Positions 9,804 to 19,032 of a stretch of 64,000 nucleotides of DNA are shown in pieces. Location: NCBI GenBank assembly GCA_902533585.1, contig CACAMG010000001.1, forward strand, positions 5,437 to 69,436. The letters run 5' to 3'. This stretch comes from an uncultured Pelagibacteraceae bacterium (GTDB lineage: Bacteria; Pseudomonadota; Alphaproteobacteria; Pelagibacterales; Pelagibacteraceae). A program made the position numbers and the translations under genes. A model generated the notes under the pieces. The model was given only the letters and a program-made list of their open reading frames with translations, made no database searches and was not told where the DNA came from. Every line of letters starts with the position of its first letter. Positions within the stretch are counted from its first letter, which is position 1.

Positions 9804-11423
9804 ATGTCCAGAGAAGTGATGGAATACGATGTAGTCATCGTAGGTGGTGGACCATCAGGTCTTTCAACTGCTATTAAGTTAAAGCAGTTAAATCCAGATA
9901 TTAATGTCTGCCTTTTAGAAAAAGCATCTGAAGTAGGTGCACATATATTGTCAGGAAATGTTTTTGAAACTAAAGCCTTAGATGAATTAATTCCTAACTG
10001 GAAAGAATTAAATGCTCCAATTAAAACTAAAGTAACTAAAGAAAAATTTCTTTTTTTAGGAAAAACAAAATCATTGAGTTGGCCTACTTGGTTACTTCCT
10101 AAAGTCCAACAAAATCACAAAAACTATATTATTAGTTTAGCAAATTTGTGTAGATGGTTAGCCGAACAGGCTGAAGCTCTAGGTATAGAAATATTTCCAG
10201 GTTTTCCCGCAAGTGAAATTTTATATAACGAAGATGGCTCAGTTAAAGGAGTTGTAACTCAAGATATGGGTCTCGATAAAGAAGGAAATAAAAAAGATAG
10301 CTTTGAACCAGGTATGGAATTACATGCAAAAGTAACTGTATTTGCAGAAGGATGTAGAGGGCATTTAGGAAAGCAACTTATTAATAAATTTGAATTAAAC
10401 AAAGGAAAAGATCCTCAGCAATATGGAATAGGTTTTAAAGAAATATGGGAAATTAATGAAGAAAAACACGAAGAAGGCATGGTAATGCATACAGCTGGAT
10501 GGCCGCTAGATAATAATACTTACGGAGGAAGCTTTGTGTATCATGCAGAAAATAAGCAGGTTTTCTTAGGTTATGTAATTGGTTTAGATTATCAAAATCC
10601 ACATTTATCACCTTTTGATGAATTTCAAAGATTTAAAACACATCCGGCGATAAAAAAAATACTTGAGGGAGGAAAAAGAATTTCTTATGGAGCTCGAGCT
10701 CTTATCGAAGGAGGTCTTCAAAGTTTGCCTCAAATGTATATGCCAGGAGCATTATTAGTTGGTTGTGATGCAGGCACATTAAATATGCCAAAAATCAAAG
10801 GTTCACATACAGCAATGAAAAGTGGAATGATAGCAGCTGAAACAATTATTGAAAATTTAAAAGAAAATAGAAGTTTATCTTCTTACGAAGATAAATTTAA
10901 AAAAAGCTGGGTTTATAAAGAACTATATGCAGCAAGAAATGTTAAACCAAGTTTTAGTTGGGGTTTAATTTTAGGAATAATTTTTACTGGTATTGATCAA
11001 ATTTTATTTAGAGGAAAATTACCTTTTACTTTAAAAAATAAACATGCCGATCATGATTCTTTAAAACCCTCAAATGAAATGCCTAAGATAGATTATCCAA
11101 AACCAGATAACGTAATAACTTTTGATAAAACTAGTTCTGTATATCTAACTGGAACTAATCATACCGACAATCAACCCGTACACTTAAAATTAAAAGATCA
11201 TAATTTACCCATAAGTTATACACTTGAAAAATTTGATGAACCTGCGCAAAGATATTGTCCTGTAGGAGTTTATGAAATTCAGGTAGAAAATAATTTAAAA
11301 AAGTTTGTAATAAATTCTCAAAATTGTATTCACTGCAAAACTTGCGATATTAAGGAACCTTCGCAAAATATTAATTGGGTTACTCCCGAAGGAGGAGGGG
11401 GTCCCAAATACGGTAACATGTAA
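9804..11423 (+). CDS. ETF-ubiquinone oxidoreductase
   Basis: GAHILSG, PKIKGSH, C-terminal 4Fe-4S YCP..NCIHCKTCDIK. Confidence 0.95.
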   Translation: MSREVMEYDVVIVGGGPSGLSTAIKLKQLNPDINVCLLEKASEVGAHILSGNVFETKALDELIPNWKELNAPIKTKVTKEKFLFLGKTKSLSWPTWLLPKVQQNHKNYIISLANLCRWLAEQAEALGIEIFPGFPASEILYNEDGSVKGVVTQDMGLDKEGNKKDSFEPGMELHAKVTVFAEGCRGHLGKQLINKFELNKGKDPQQYGIGFKEIWEINEEKHEEGMVMHTAGWPLDNNTYGGSFVYHAENKQVFLGYVIGLDYQNPHLSPFDEFQRFKTHPAIKKILEGGKRISYGARALIEGGLQSLPQMYMPGALLVGCDAGTLNMPKIKGSHTAMKSGMIAAETIIENLKENRSLSSYEDKFKKSWVYKELYAARNVKPSFSWGLILGIIFTGIDQILFRGKLPFTLKNKHADHDSLKPSNEMPKIDYPKPDNVITFDKTSSVYLTGTNHTDNQPVHLKLKDHNLPISYTLEKFDEPAQRYCPVGVYEIQVENNLKKFVINSQNCIHCKTCDIKEPSQNINWVTPEGGGGPKYGNM

Positions 11424-11798
11424 TTAAGAAAGATCTATAGCTAATTTTTTTAATTTTTCTATAGGAACCACTTTAAGAGTATTTTCGTGAGTTTTTTTTA
11501 AATAGATAGAACATCCCTTGCCAGCATTAATTGCTCTAGCAACCCATGCTGCGCAGACGCACCAATTGTCTCCATCTTTTAGTCCTGGAAAACCAAATTC
11601 AGGATGAGGTGTTATTAAATCATTACCTGCTTCCTTACACCATTCTAAAAATTCATTATTAACTTTTACACAAACTGTATGTAATCCATGATCATTTTCA
11701 TCTGTATTACAACATCCGTCTCTGAACCACCCAGTTAAAGGATCGTTTGAACATTCTTCCAAGTCTTCACCTAAAACATTTTTTTGTTTTTCACTCAT
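11424..11798 (-). CDS. DUF2237 family protein
   Basis: NVLGEDLEECS.DPLTGWFRDGCC, GNDLITP, GDNWCVCA. Confidence 0.85.
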   Translation of the reverse strand: MSEKQKNVLGEDLEECSNDPLTGWFRDGCCNTDENDHGLHTVCVKVNNEFLEWCKEAGNDLITPHPEFGFPGLKDGDNWCVCAAWVARAINAGKGCSIYLKKTHENTLKVVPIEKLKKLAIDLS

Positions 11799-12265
11799 TA
11801 AATTTTGGTAGGATTTGGTTGTCCTTTATAAACTTTTTCAGGGTCAAATTTTTTTTCTTTTTCTTCGAATTTCATTTCCACTTTTCTTCCATTATCAATT
11901 TTTCCAAGCGGTATGGATCTATAAAAACAAGATTTGTATCCTACATGGCAACTAGCACCATCTCCTATATCTACACTTAACCAAATTGAGTCTTGATCAT
12001 CATCAATTCTAATTTCTTTAACTTTTTGTAAAAATCCACTTGTTTTACCTTTGTGCCAGATTTGTTTTCTAGACCTACTCCAATAATGAGCTTCTTTAGT
12101 TTCTATAGTAAGCTTCAGAGCCTCAACATTCATATATCCATGCATTAAAACTTCTTTTGTAGTAGCGCACGTTGTCACAACAGGGATTAGACCATCATTA
12201 TCAAATTTAGGAGATAAAAGATTACCTTCTTCTATTTCAGCGACATTTTCTCTTTTTTTAAACAT
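11798..12265 (-). CDS. hisI: phosphoribosyl-AMP cyclohydrolase
   Basis: YWSRSR..IWHKGKTSG, SCHVGYKSCF; carries a DDDQD variant of the DCD motif. Confidence 0.9.
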   Translation of the reverse strand: MFKKRENVAEIEEGNLLSPKFDNDGLIPVVTTCATTKEVLMHGYMNVEALKLTIETKEAHYWSRSRKQIWHKGKTSGFLQKVKEIRIDDDQDSIWLSVDIGDGASCHVGYKSCFYRSIPLGKIDNGRKVEMKFEEKEKKFDPEKVYKGQPNPTKI

Positions 12266-12344
12266 ATATATATGGAATTATTTAGCATATTGGCGAATAT
12301 ATTAAATATTTTAAAAATAAGGATTTATATATATAACGCTCGTT

Positions 12345-12950
12345 ATGAAGTTAGTAAAAAATGAAAATTTAAAGAATTCAGATAATAAAGTCTCTGAAGA
12401 AGAAGCAGAACAAGCTTTTATTAAAATTATTAAATATATAGGTGAAGATCCAGAAAGAGAAGGTCTAAAATCTACACCAAGAAGACTAGTCAAAGCATTT
12501 AAAGAATATTTTAAGGGCTACAATGAGGACCCTAAAAAAATCTTAGAAAAAACATTTGGCGACGTACAAGGTTATGACGATATGGTAATCCAAAAAAATA
12601 TTTCAATACAAAGCCATTGCGAACATCATATGGCCCCGATAATTGGAGTGGCGCACGTTGCTTACATTCCAAATAATAGAGTGGTGGGATTGAGTAAGCT
12701 CGCGAGAGTTGTAGAAGTTTTTTCAAAAAGACTTCAAACACAAGAAAGATTAACAATGCAAATCGCTAATACTTTAATGGAATCTTTAGATGCAAAAGGT
12801 GTTGCAGTATCAATAGATGCTACTCACCAGTGTATGACAATGAGAGGAATTAAAAAAGAACAAGCTACAACTGTTACAAATTATTATTTGGGAAAATTTA
12901 AAGAAGATTTAAGTTATCAAAATAGATATTTAAGATTTATTAGTAAATAA
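12345..12950 (+). CDS. folE: GTP cyclohydrolase I (type IA)
   Basis: SHCEHH, GLSKLARVV, RLQTQERLT, HQCMTMRG. Confidence 0.95.
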   Translation: MKLVKNENLKNSDNKVSEEEAEQAFIKIIKYIGEDPEREGLKSTPRRLVKAFKEYFKGYNEDPKKILEKTFGDVQGYDDMVIQKNISIQSHCEHHMAPIIGVAHVAYIPNNRVVGLSKLARVVEVFSKRLQTQERLTMQIANTLMESLDAKGVAVSIDATHQCMTMRGIKKEQATTVTNYYLGKFKEDLSYQNRYLRFISK

Positions 12951-12964
12951 ATTTTTTATATTAA

Positions 12965-13972
12965 ATGAAAATAATGTCAGAAACTTTTAAAGCAATAGTC
13001 ATTAATCAAAAAGGTGAAAATTTTTCAAGAGAAATTAAAGAAGTAAATAAAAACATTCTAGAGGGTGATGTTTTGGTAAAAATTGATTATTCAGATTTAA
13101 ATTACAAAGATGCATTAATTTTAAATAATGGTGGAAAACTAGTAAAGGAATTTCCAAGAATACCTGGAATCGATTTTTCAGGAAAAGTGGTTGAGAGTAA
13201 CACAGATAGTTTTAAAAAAGATGAAGAAGTTATAATTACAGGTTGCAGAGTTGGAGAAATTTCTCACGGTGGATATTCTCAATATGCAAAAGTAAAAAAA
13301 GATTTTTTAGTTAAGTCTCCAAAAGGTATATCGACTAAACAAGCAATGATACTTGGAACAGCTGGATTTACATCTTTAATGTGTGCTTTTGCTATAAAAG
13401 CTAGAGAAGAAATTTTATTAGGTGAAAAAATAAAAGATGTTCTTGTAACTGGAGCAACTGGTGGAGTTGGCTCTATAGCAGTAATGGTTTTGTCTAAACT
13501 TGGGTATAATGTTACTGCCGTTACTGGCAAAATGGACAAAACAGAAAGCTTAAAAAAACTAGGTGCCACAAGCGTTATAGATAGAAAAGAATTTGAAGGT
13601 GAACCAAAGTTATTGGGTAAAAGTATATGGGATGGAGTTGTAGATACAGTTGGTGGAAATATTTTAGCTCATGCAATTTCTCAAACTAAACATTCTGGAA
13701 TTGTTGCTGCATGTGGAAATGCTGGAGGAATCAAATTAAATACAAGTGTAATGCCTTTTATTTTAAGAGGTGTAAAACTTTGGGGAATAGACTCAGTAGC
13801 GGTAAGTAAAAAAAGAAGAGAATTTGTTTGGAGTCAGGTTTTAAATTTAATTGATTTTAATATTATAAATGAAAACGTAAAAGTAGTTTCGATGGAAGAA
13901 TTATTAAATATCTTTCCTAAAATGCTCAAAGGCCAAACGTCTGGAAGAATTGTAGTTGATGTAAACAAATAA
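12965..13972 (+). CDS. acuI: acrylyl-CoA reductase AcuI/YhdH family MDR oxidoreductase
   Basis: LNYKDAL, PGID, GTAGFT, TGATGGVGS, PFILRGVKLWGIDS. Confidence 0.8.
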   Translation: MKIMSETFKAIVINQKGENFSREIKEVNKNILEGDVLVKIDYSDLNYKDALILNNGGKLVKEFPRIPGIDFSGKVVESNTDSFKKDEEVIITGCRVGEISHGGYSQYAKVKKDFLVKSPKGISTKQAMILGTAGFTSLMCAFAIKAREEILLGEKIKDVLVTGATGGVGSIAVMVLSKLGYNVTAVTGKMDKTESLKKLGATSVIDRKEFEGEPKLLGKSIWDGVVDTVGGNILAHAISQTKHSGIVAACGNAGGIKLNTSVMPFILRGVKLWGIDSVAVSKKRREFVWSQVLNLIDFNIINENVKVVSMEELLNIFPKMLKGQTSGRIVVDVNK

Positions 13973-14862
13973 TGGATTGGGATAAGTTAAAAATATTTCA
14001 TGCTGTTGCTGAAGCGGGAAGTTTTACGAACGCTACGGTAAACTTAAACTTAAGCCAATCTGCAATTAGTAGACAAATTCAATCTTTAGAAGATGATTTA
14101 AAAGTAAAATTATTCGAAAGACATGCTAGAGGCCTAACATTAACTGAAAATGGAGAATATGTATATAAAACAGCTCATGAAGTAATTAGTAAGCTTAAAG
14201 AAGTAGAGACATCCTTAGGAGATAAAAAGAATAAACCGAGTGGGAAACTTATAGTTACCACTGTCGTAAGTTTCGGAACAACTTGGCTAACACCAAGAAT
14301 ACAAGAATTTATGCAATTAAATCCTGAAATTGAAGTTGAGCTCATTTTTGACGATAAAGAGTTAGATTTAAGTACAAGACAAGCAGATATTGGTATATTT
14401 ATGAGAAGGCCAAAACAACTAAACTATATTCAAAAAAAACTTATTGATATTAACTACCATATATATGGATCACCTAAATATTTAGAAAAATATGGCTATC
14501 CTAAAACGATAAACGATTTAAATAAGCACAAATTTATATCTTATGGCAAAGGAAACCCTTCACCAGTTTATAATCCTGATTGGGCTCTAAAGCTTGGCAT
14601 GAAGGATAATAAAAAAAGGAAAACTGTTATGAAAGTTAATAGTGTTTATGGGTTATTGCTAGCTGTACAAAGCGGAGTAGGATTAGCAGCTTTGCCAGAT
14701 TATTTGACAATTAAACAACCAAATATTGTTAAAATACTACCTAATATTGAAGGTCCTATCACTGAAGCTCATTTTGTATATCCTCAATCTATGAAAAATG
14801 TAGCTAGAGTGCAGGCTTTTAGAAACTTCCTATATAGCAAAATATCAGAATGGGAATTTTAA
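13972..14862 (+). CDS. LysR family transcriptional regulator
   Basis: MDWDKLKIF..GSFT.A...LNLSQSAISRQI HTH plus substrate-binding domain; start overlaps the acuI stop. Confidence 0.95.
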   Translation: MDWDKLKIFHAVAEAGSFTNATVNLNLSQSAISRQIQSLEDDLKVKLFERHARGLTLTENGEYVYKTAHEVISKLKEVETSLGDKKNKPSGKLIVTTVVSFGTTWLTPRIQEFMQLNPEIEVELIFDDKELDLSTRQADIGIFMRRPKQLNYIQKKLIDINYHIYGSPKYLEKYGYPKTINDLNKHKFISYGKGNPSPVYNPDWALKLGMKDNKKRKTVMKVNSVYGLLLAVQSGVGLAALPDYLTIKQPNIVKILPNIEGPITEAHFVYPQSMKNVARVQAFRNFLYSKISEWEF

Positions 14863-14918
14863 CCTAAAAATAAACTAAATATCATATTATTTTGGAAAAA
14901 CCTGACTGTGACATTCTT

Positions 14919-14959
14919 GATATTGATAATCATTATTATTGATAATAGTTATCATTCTC
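14919..14959 (+). promoter_or_regulatory. tandem Fur boxes upstream of sfuC
   Basis: GATATTGATAATCATTATT (14919-14937; 17/19 match to GATAATGATAATCATTATC) and GATAATAGTTATCATTCTC (14941-14959; 15/19), directly before an iron-uptake gene. Confidence 0.8.
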
Positions 14960-14990
14960 ATTATAAGAATATAAATAAAAGGAGAATATT

Positions 14991-16019
14991 ATGAGAAAAA
15001 TATCAATTTTATCTTTGATTCTTTCATTAGTTGTATCAACTTTTGCAATTGCAAAAGAAGTAAATATTTTTAATGCAAGACATTACAAAGCTGATGCTGA
15101 ACTTTACGGAAAATTTACAGCAGCTACTGGAATTAAGGTAAATTTAATTAACGGGAAATCAGGTGCTTTAGAAAAAAGAATGATCGAAGAAGGCGCAGAT
15201 TCTGCAGCAGACCTTTACATTACAGCTGATGCTGGAAGATGTGGTGCTTTTCAAGCAAAGGGTATGACGCAAAGTGGATTAACTTCTTCTACAATTAAAT
15301 CATCTGTTCCAAAAAACTTTAGAACAACACACTGGGTAGGTGTAGCAAAAAGAGCAAGGATAATTTATTACTCGCCAGAAAGAGTTACTGGCGCAGAATT
15401 ATCTGGAATGACTTATGAAGGTCTAGCTGATCCAAAATGGAAAGGTAGATTAGTAATTAGAAAATCAAGCAACATTTACAATAAATCTCTTGTAGCTTCA
15501 TTAATTAAGAATAATGGAAAAAAAGCTACTGCTGAATGGGCAAAAGGAGTTGTTGCAAATATGGCTAGAGAGTCTACAGGAAACGACAGAGCTCAAATTA
15601 TGGCAGTAGCTGCCGGAGAAGCTGATATTGCTGTAGCTAACACATATTATTTAGCTCTTATGCTATCTGGCAACAAAGGTGCAGAACAACAAGAAGCTGC
15701 TAAAAAAGTTAAAGCATTTTTTCCAAATCAAGATGGCAGAGGAACACACATGAATATTAGTTGTGCTGCTCTAGTTAAAGGTGCCCCAAATAAAGCAAAT
15801 GCTATTGCGCTTGTTGACTATTTATTATCACCTGAAGCTCAAGAACACTTTACTAATAATACTTTTGAGTTTCCAATGATTTCTGGTGTTTCACCAAGTC
15901 CATTAGTAGTAAACAATTTGGGATTAGATTTTAAACAAGACCTAAAAACAAAAGTTTCTAGTTATGGAAAACATCAAGCTGCTGCATTAGAAGTAATGAC
16001 AGCTGCTGGTTGGAAGTAA
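14991..16019 (+). CDS. sfuC: Fe(III) ABC transporter substrate-binding protein (FutA/FbpA/SfuC)
   Basis: Signal peptide, ARHY, NIYN, ANTYYL Tyr ligands; AAGGAG Shine-Dalgarno; Fur boxes upstream. Confidence 0.9.
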   Translation: MRKISILSLILSLVVSTFAIAKEVNIFNARHYKADAELYGKFTAATGIKVNLINGKSGALEKRMIEEGADSAADLYITADAGRCGAFQAKGMTQSGLTSSTIKSSVPKNFRTTHWVGVAKRARIIYYSPERVTGAELSGMTYEGLADPKWKGRLVIRKSSNIYNKSLVASLIKNNGKKATAEWAKGVVANMARESTGNDRAQIMAVAAGEADIAVANTYYLALMLSGNKGAEQQEAAKKVKAFFPNQDGRGTHMNISCAALVKGAPNKANAIALVDYLLSPEAQEHFTNNTFEFPMISGVSPSPLVVNNLGLDFKQDLKTKVSSYGKHQAAALEVMTAAGWK

Positions 16020-16020
16020 T

Positions 16021-16188
16021 ATGGGAAAAAAAAAATTTATTACTGATATTGATTATAATAAATCAGCTAAGTCATGTTCTCCATGTACAATAGAGTGTGA
16101 AAAAATGAATATCAGAATAAATAAAAGAAAATTATCTGAAATTAAGAAAATAGAGGCTCCACACATCCTTAAAGTTTTTGATTTTTAG
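16021..16188 (+). CDS. 55-aa small protein with CxxCxxxC motif (not in ORF track)
   Basis: Hand-translated MGKKKFITDIDYNKSAKSCSPCTIECEKMNIRINKRKLSEIKKIEAPHILKVFDF*; ATG lies 1 nt after the sfuC stop; fills the gap before a terminator. Confidence 0.6.
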   Translation: MGKKKFITDIDYNKSAKSCSPCTIECEKMNIRINKRKLSEIKKIEAPHILKVFDF

Positions 16189-16205
16189 ATAGTATTTCTA
16201 CCTAA

Positions 16206-16262
16206 TATAGTTCCCTATCTTTAAAGTTGTACTTTATAGATACGGGAACTATAATTTTTTTT
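16206..16262 (+). terminator. long hairpin plus U-tract between sfuC/small ORF and the permease gene
   Basis: TATAGTTCCC-TATCT-TTAAAGT/TGT/ACTTTAT-AGATA-C-GGGAACTATA followed by a T run. Confidence 0.7.
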
Positions 16263-16264
16263 AA

Positions 16265-17887
16265 ATGAGAAATTTAAATATTTGGTACCTAAGCTCCTTA
16301 TTGATTTCAATAATTGTTGTGATCCCTATCTTAACTGTATCTTCAAGTTTTTTTGAAGATACATCAAATTATTTTGAAATTCTTAAACAAACTTTTTTTC
16401 TCGAATATATATTTAATTCATTAACTCTATTGGTTGGAGTTTTGTTTCTAACATTTATATTAGGAGTAGGCTCAGCATATATAGTTTCTTTTTATCAGTT
16501 TCCTGGTGCCAATTTTTTTAAATGGGCTCTAATACTGTCTTTTGCGGTACCTCCTTATATATATGCTTATTCTTTATTCGCTTTTTTTGAAAATTATGGC
16601 ACAGCATTTACAATCTTAAAATATTTGTTTGGGGATGGAAATTATAACAAACATATTCCAAAATTAGACGGCATGTTTGGTTTGATATTATCAATATCTT
16701 TCTCGCTATATATTTATGTATATATACTTGCAAGATCGTCATTTTTATATCAATCACAGAGTTTAATAGAATTAGGAAAAAATCTTGGTTTCTCAAAATT
16801 TAAATCTTTTTACTCAATAATATTGCCTGCGGCACGTCCTGCTATTGTTGCTGGTTTATCTTTAGTCGCAATGGAAACATTAGCTGAATTTGGAGCGGTA
16901 GATTTTTTTTCAGTAAACACTTTAACAACCGGTATTTATAACGCTTGGATAGCTTTTGATGATTTGGCATTCGCAAATCGAATATCTTTTTTTCTTTTGT
17001 TATTTATCTTTATATTATTTGTAACTGAAAATTTATCTAGAAAAAAAGCCAAGTATCATTTGGAAACAAAAGGTGGATTTAAGAAAAAAGAAAAAATTAA
17101 ACTTTATGGAAAAAAATCTTTTTTTGCATTTTCATTTTGTTTAATTTTATTTTTTTTAAGTTTTTTATTTCCTTTGAGCCAAATGTTATATTGGACAATT
17201 AAATTCCCTGAGAATTTGATTGACTTACAAATAATTGATCTTTTGTTAAATACTTTATATTTAGTTTCTTTATCAAGTTTAGTTTTAATATTTTTTGCTT
17301 TAATATCTAATTATGGAAATAGAGTTTCAAATAAAAAAATTTTAAATATATTATCTACTTTATCAATTTCTGGTTATGCAATACCAGGAGTAATTCTTGC
17401 TATAGCTTTTATAACTTTTATAGCGTGGTTTGATGAAAATATGATTAAGGAATTAGGATTTTTATCAATAAAAAAAATATTTATTGGTTCGGTTTTAGGT
17501 TTAGTTCTAGTTTATTTTATAAGATTTTATTCATTAGCTTTTAATGGAATAAAGTCTGGATATGAAAAAATAAACATTGCTGTTGATGAAAGTGCTTATC
17601 TTCTTGGATATTCTAAAACAAAAACTTTTTTAAATATTCACATTCCTTATTTAAGAAATTCACTTTTATTTGTTATTATATTAATTTCATTAGAAATAAT
17701 CAGGGAATTGCCAATTACACTAATTTTAAGACCATTTAATTTTGAGACTTTTGCAACTACAGCATATATTTCTGCATCAGAGGATTTATTGGAAGCTGCT
17801 GCCGTCCCATCATTATGTTTGATAATTATTGCAAGTTTCTTTATTTTACTTACGTCTAATTATATTTTAAGAGATATAGATGAGTAA
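16265..17887 (+). CDS. sfuB: Fe(III) ABC transporter permease
   Basis: Two-repeat FbpB-type permease; LPAARPAIVAG, METLAEFG, RELPITLILRPFNFET. Confidence 0.9.
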   Translation: MRNLNIWYLSSLLISIIVVIPILTVSSSFFEDTSNYFEILKQTFFLEYIFNSLTLLVGVLFLTFILGVGSAYIVSFYQFPGANFFKWALILSFAVPPYIYAYSLFAFFENYGTAFTILKYLFGDGNYNKHIPKLDGMFGLILSISFSLYIYVYILARSSFLYQSQSLIELGKNLGFSKFKSFYSIILPAARPAIVAGLSLVAMETLAEFGAVDFFSVNTLTTGIYNAWIAFDDLAFANRISFFLLLFIFILFVTENLSRKKAKYHLETKGGFKKKEKIKLYGKKSFFAFSFCLILFFLSFLFPLSQMLYWTIKFPENLIDLQIIDLLLNTLYLVSLSSLVLIFFALISNYGNRVSNKKILNILSTLSISGYAIPGVILAIAFITFIAWFDENMIKELGFLSIKKIFIGSVLGLVLVYFIRFYSLAFNGIKSGYEKINIAVDESAYLLGYSKTKTFLNIHIPYLRNSLLFVIILISLEIIRELPITLILRPFNFETFATTAYISASEDLLEAAAVPSLCLIIIASFFILLTSNYILRDIDE

Positions 17888-18941
17888 AAATTTTTTAGAA
17901 ATTAAAAATGTTAGTTTTAGAGCTGGAGGAAAAACTAAAGTAAGAAATGTCTCTTTTAATATTGAAAATAAGGGAGATATAATTTGTCTTTTAGGACCAT
18001 CAGGTGTAGGCAAAACTACAATTCTTAGAACAATTGCAGGATTAGAAAAAATTAAATCTGGATCAATAAAACTTAAAGGTAATATTTTATCTTCTGCAAG
18101 AGATCATATTGAACCTGAAAATCGCAATATATCTCTATCATTTCAAGAAAATAGTTTATTTCCTCATTATACTGTTGAAAAAAATATATATATAGGTGCC
18201 GAAGCAAAAAAACTTAATGGAAAAAAAAAAATAAATCCTAAAAAAATAATTAAATTATTAAATATAGAAAAAATATTAAGTAAATATCCTCACCAAATAA
18301 GCGCAGGAGAAGCACAAAGAGCAGCTCTCGCTAGATCATTAGTTACACAGCCTGATCTTTTGTTGTTAGATGAGCCATTATCAAACGTTGATCAAAGTTT
18401 TAAAGAAGAAATACAAGTTCAACTAAAAAAACTTTTAAATGATTTAAAAATAACAACCATTGTTGTTACTCATGATTCTTACGAAGCTTTTTATTTAGGA
18501 AATAAATGCGGTTTAATTTTAGAAGAGAAACTTAAGCAGTTTGATGATCCCTATAATGTATATCATTTTCCAAATTCTATTGAGGTTGTAAATTTTCTAA
18601 ATAGAGGAATTCTTATTCCTGCAAAGGTTACAGGTGAAAATAGTCTTGAAAATGATGATCTTGGAACAATTAAAGGAAATTTTATTAAACATTACCCAAA
18701 AGGATCAAAAGTTCAGTTATTACTTCAACCAGAAGATTTAGAACATGACGATAAAAGTAATCTTAAACTTGAAGTCGTAGATAGAAAATTTAGAGGTACT
18801 AATTTTATTTATACTCTTAAAACTCCAAGTAACAAACTCATACCAGTTTTTGTACATTCTCATCATATACATCAACATGAGGTTGATGAAAAATTTGGAA
18901 TAAAAAGACCTATAATTATAGATCATATTGTTTGCTTTTAA
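17880..18941 (+). CDS. sfuA: Fe(III) ABC transporter ATP-binding subunit
   Basis: GPSGVGKT, ISAGEAQR, LLLDEP; His-rich C-terminal domain; overlaps the permease stop. Confidence 0.85.
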   Translation: MSKNFLEIKNVSFRAGGKTKVRNVSFNIENKGDIICLLGPSGVGKTTILRTIAGLEKIKSGSIKLKGNILSSARDHIEPENRNISLSFQENSLFPHYTVEKNIYIGAEAKKLNGKKKINPKKIIKLLNIEKILSKYPHQISAGEAQRAALARSLVTQPDLLLLDEPLSNVDQSFKEEIQVQLKKLLNDLKITTIVVTHDSYEAFYLGNKCGLILEEKLKQFDDPYNVYHFPNSIEVVNFLNRGILIPAKVTGENSLENDDLGTIKGNFIKHYPKGSKVQLLLQPEDLEHDDKSNLKLEVVDRKFRGTNFIYTLKTPSNKLIPVFVHSHHIHQHEVDEKFGIKRPIIIDHIVCF

Positions 18942-18962
18942 ATTTATCATGATATAATTTTA

Positions 18963-19032
18963 ATTATTAAGGGGTGTCGAAAGACTGAGAATATACTCTT
19001 AGAACCTGTCCGATAATTCAGAAAGGGAGAAT
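18963..19032 (+). ncRNA. TPP (THI-box) riboswitch, minimal variant form
   Basis: AGGGGTG-(GTC-GAAA-GAC)-TGAGA..TACTCTTA-GAACCTG..TAAT..AGGGA architecture immediately upstream of an SSS transporter. Confidence 0.8.
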
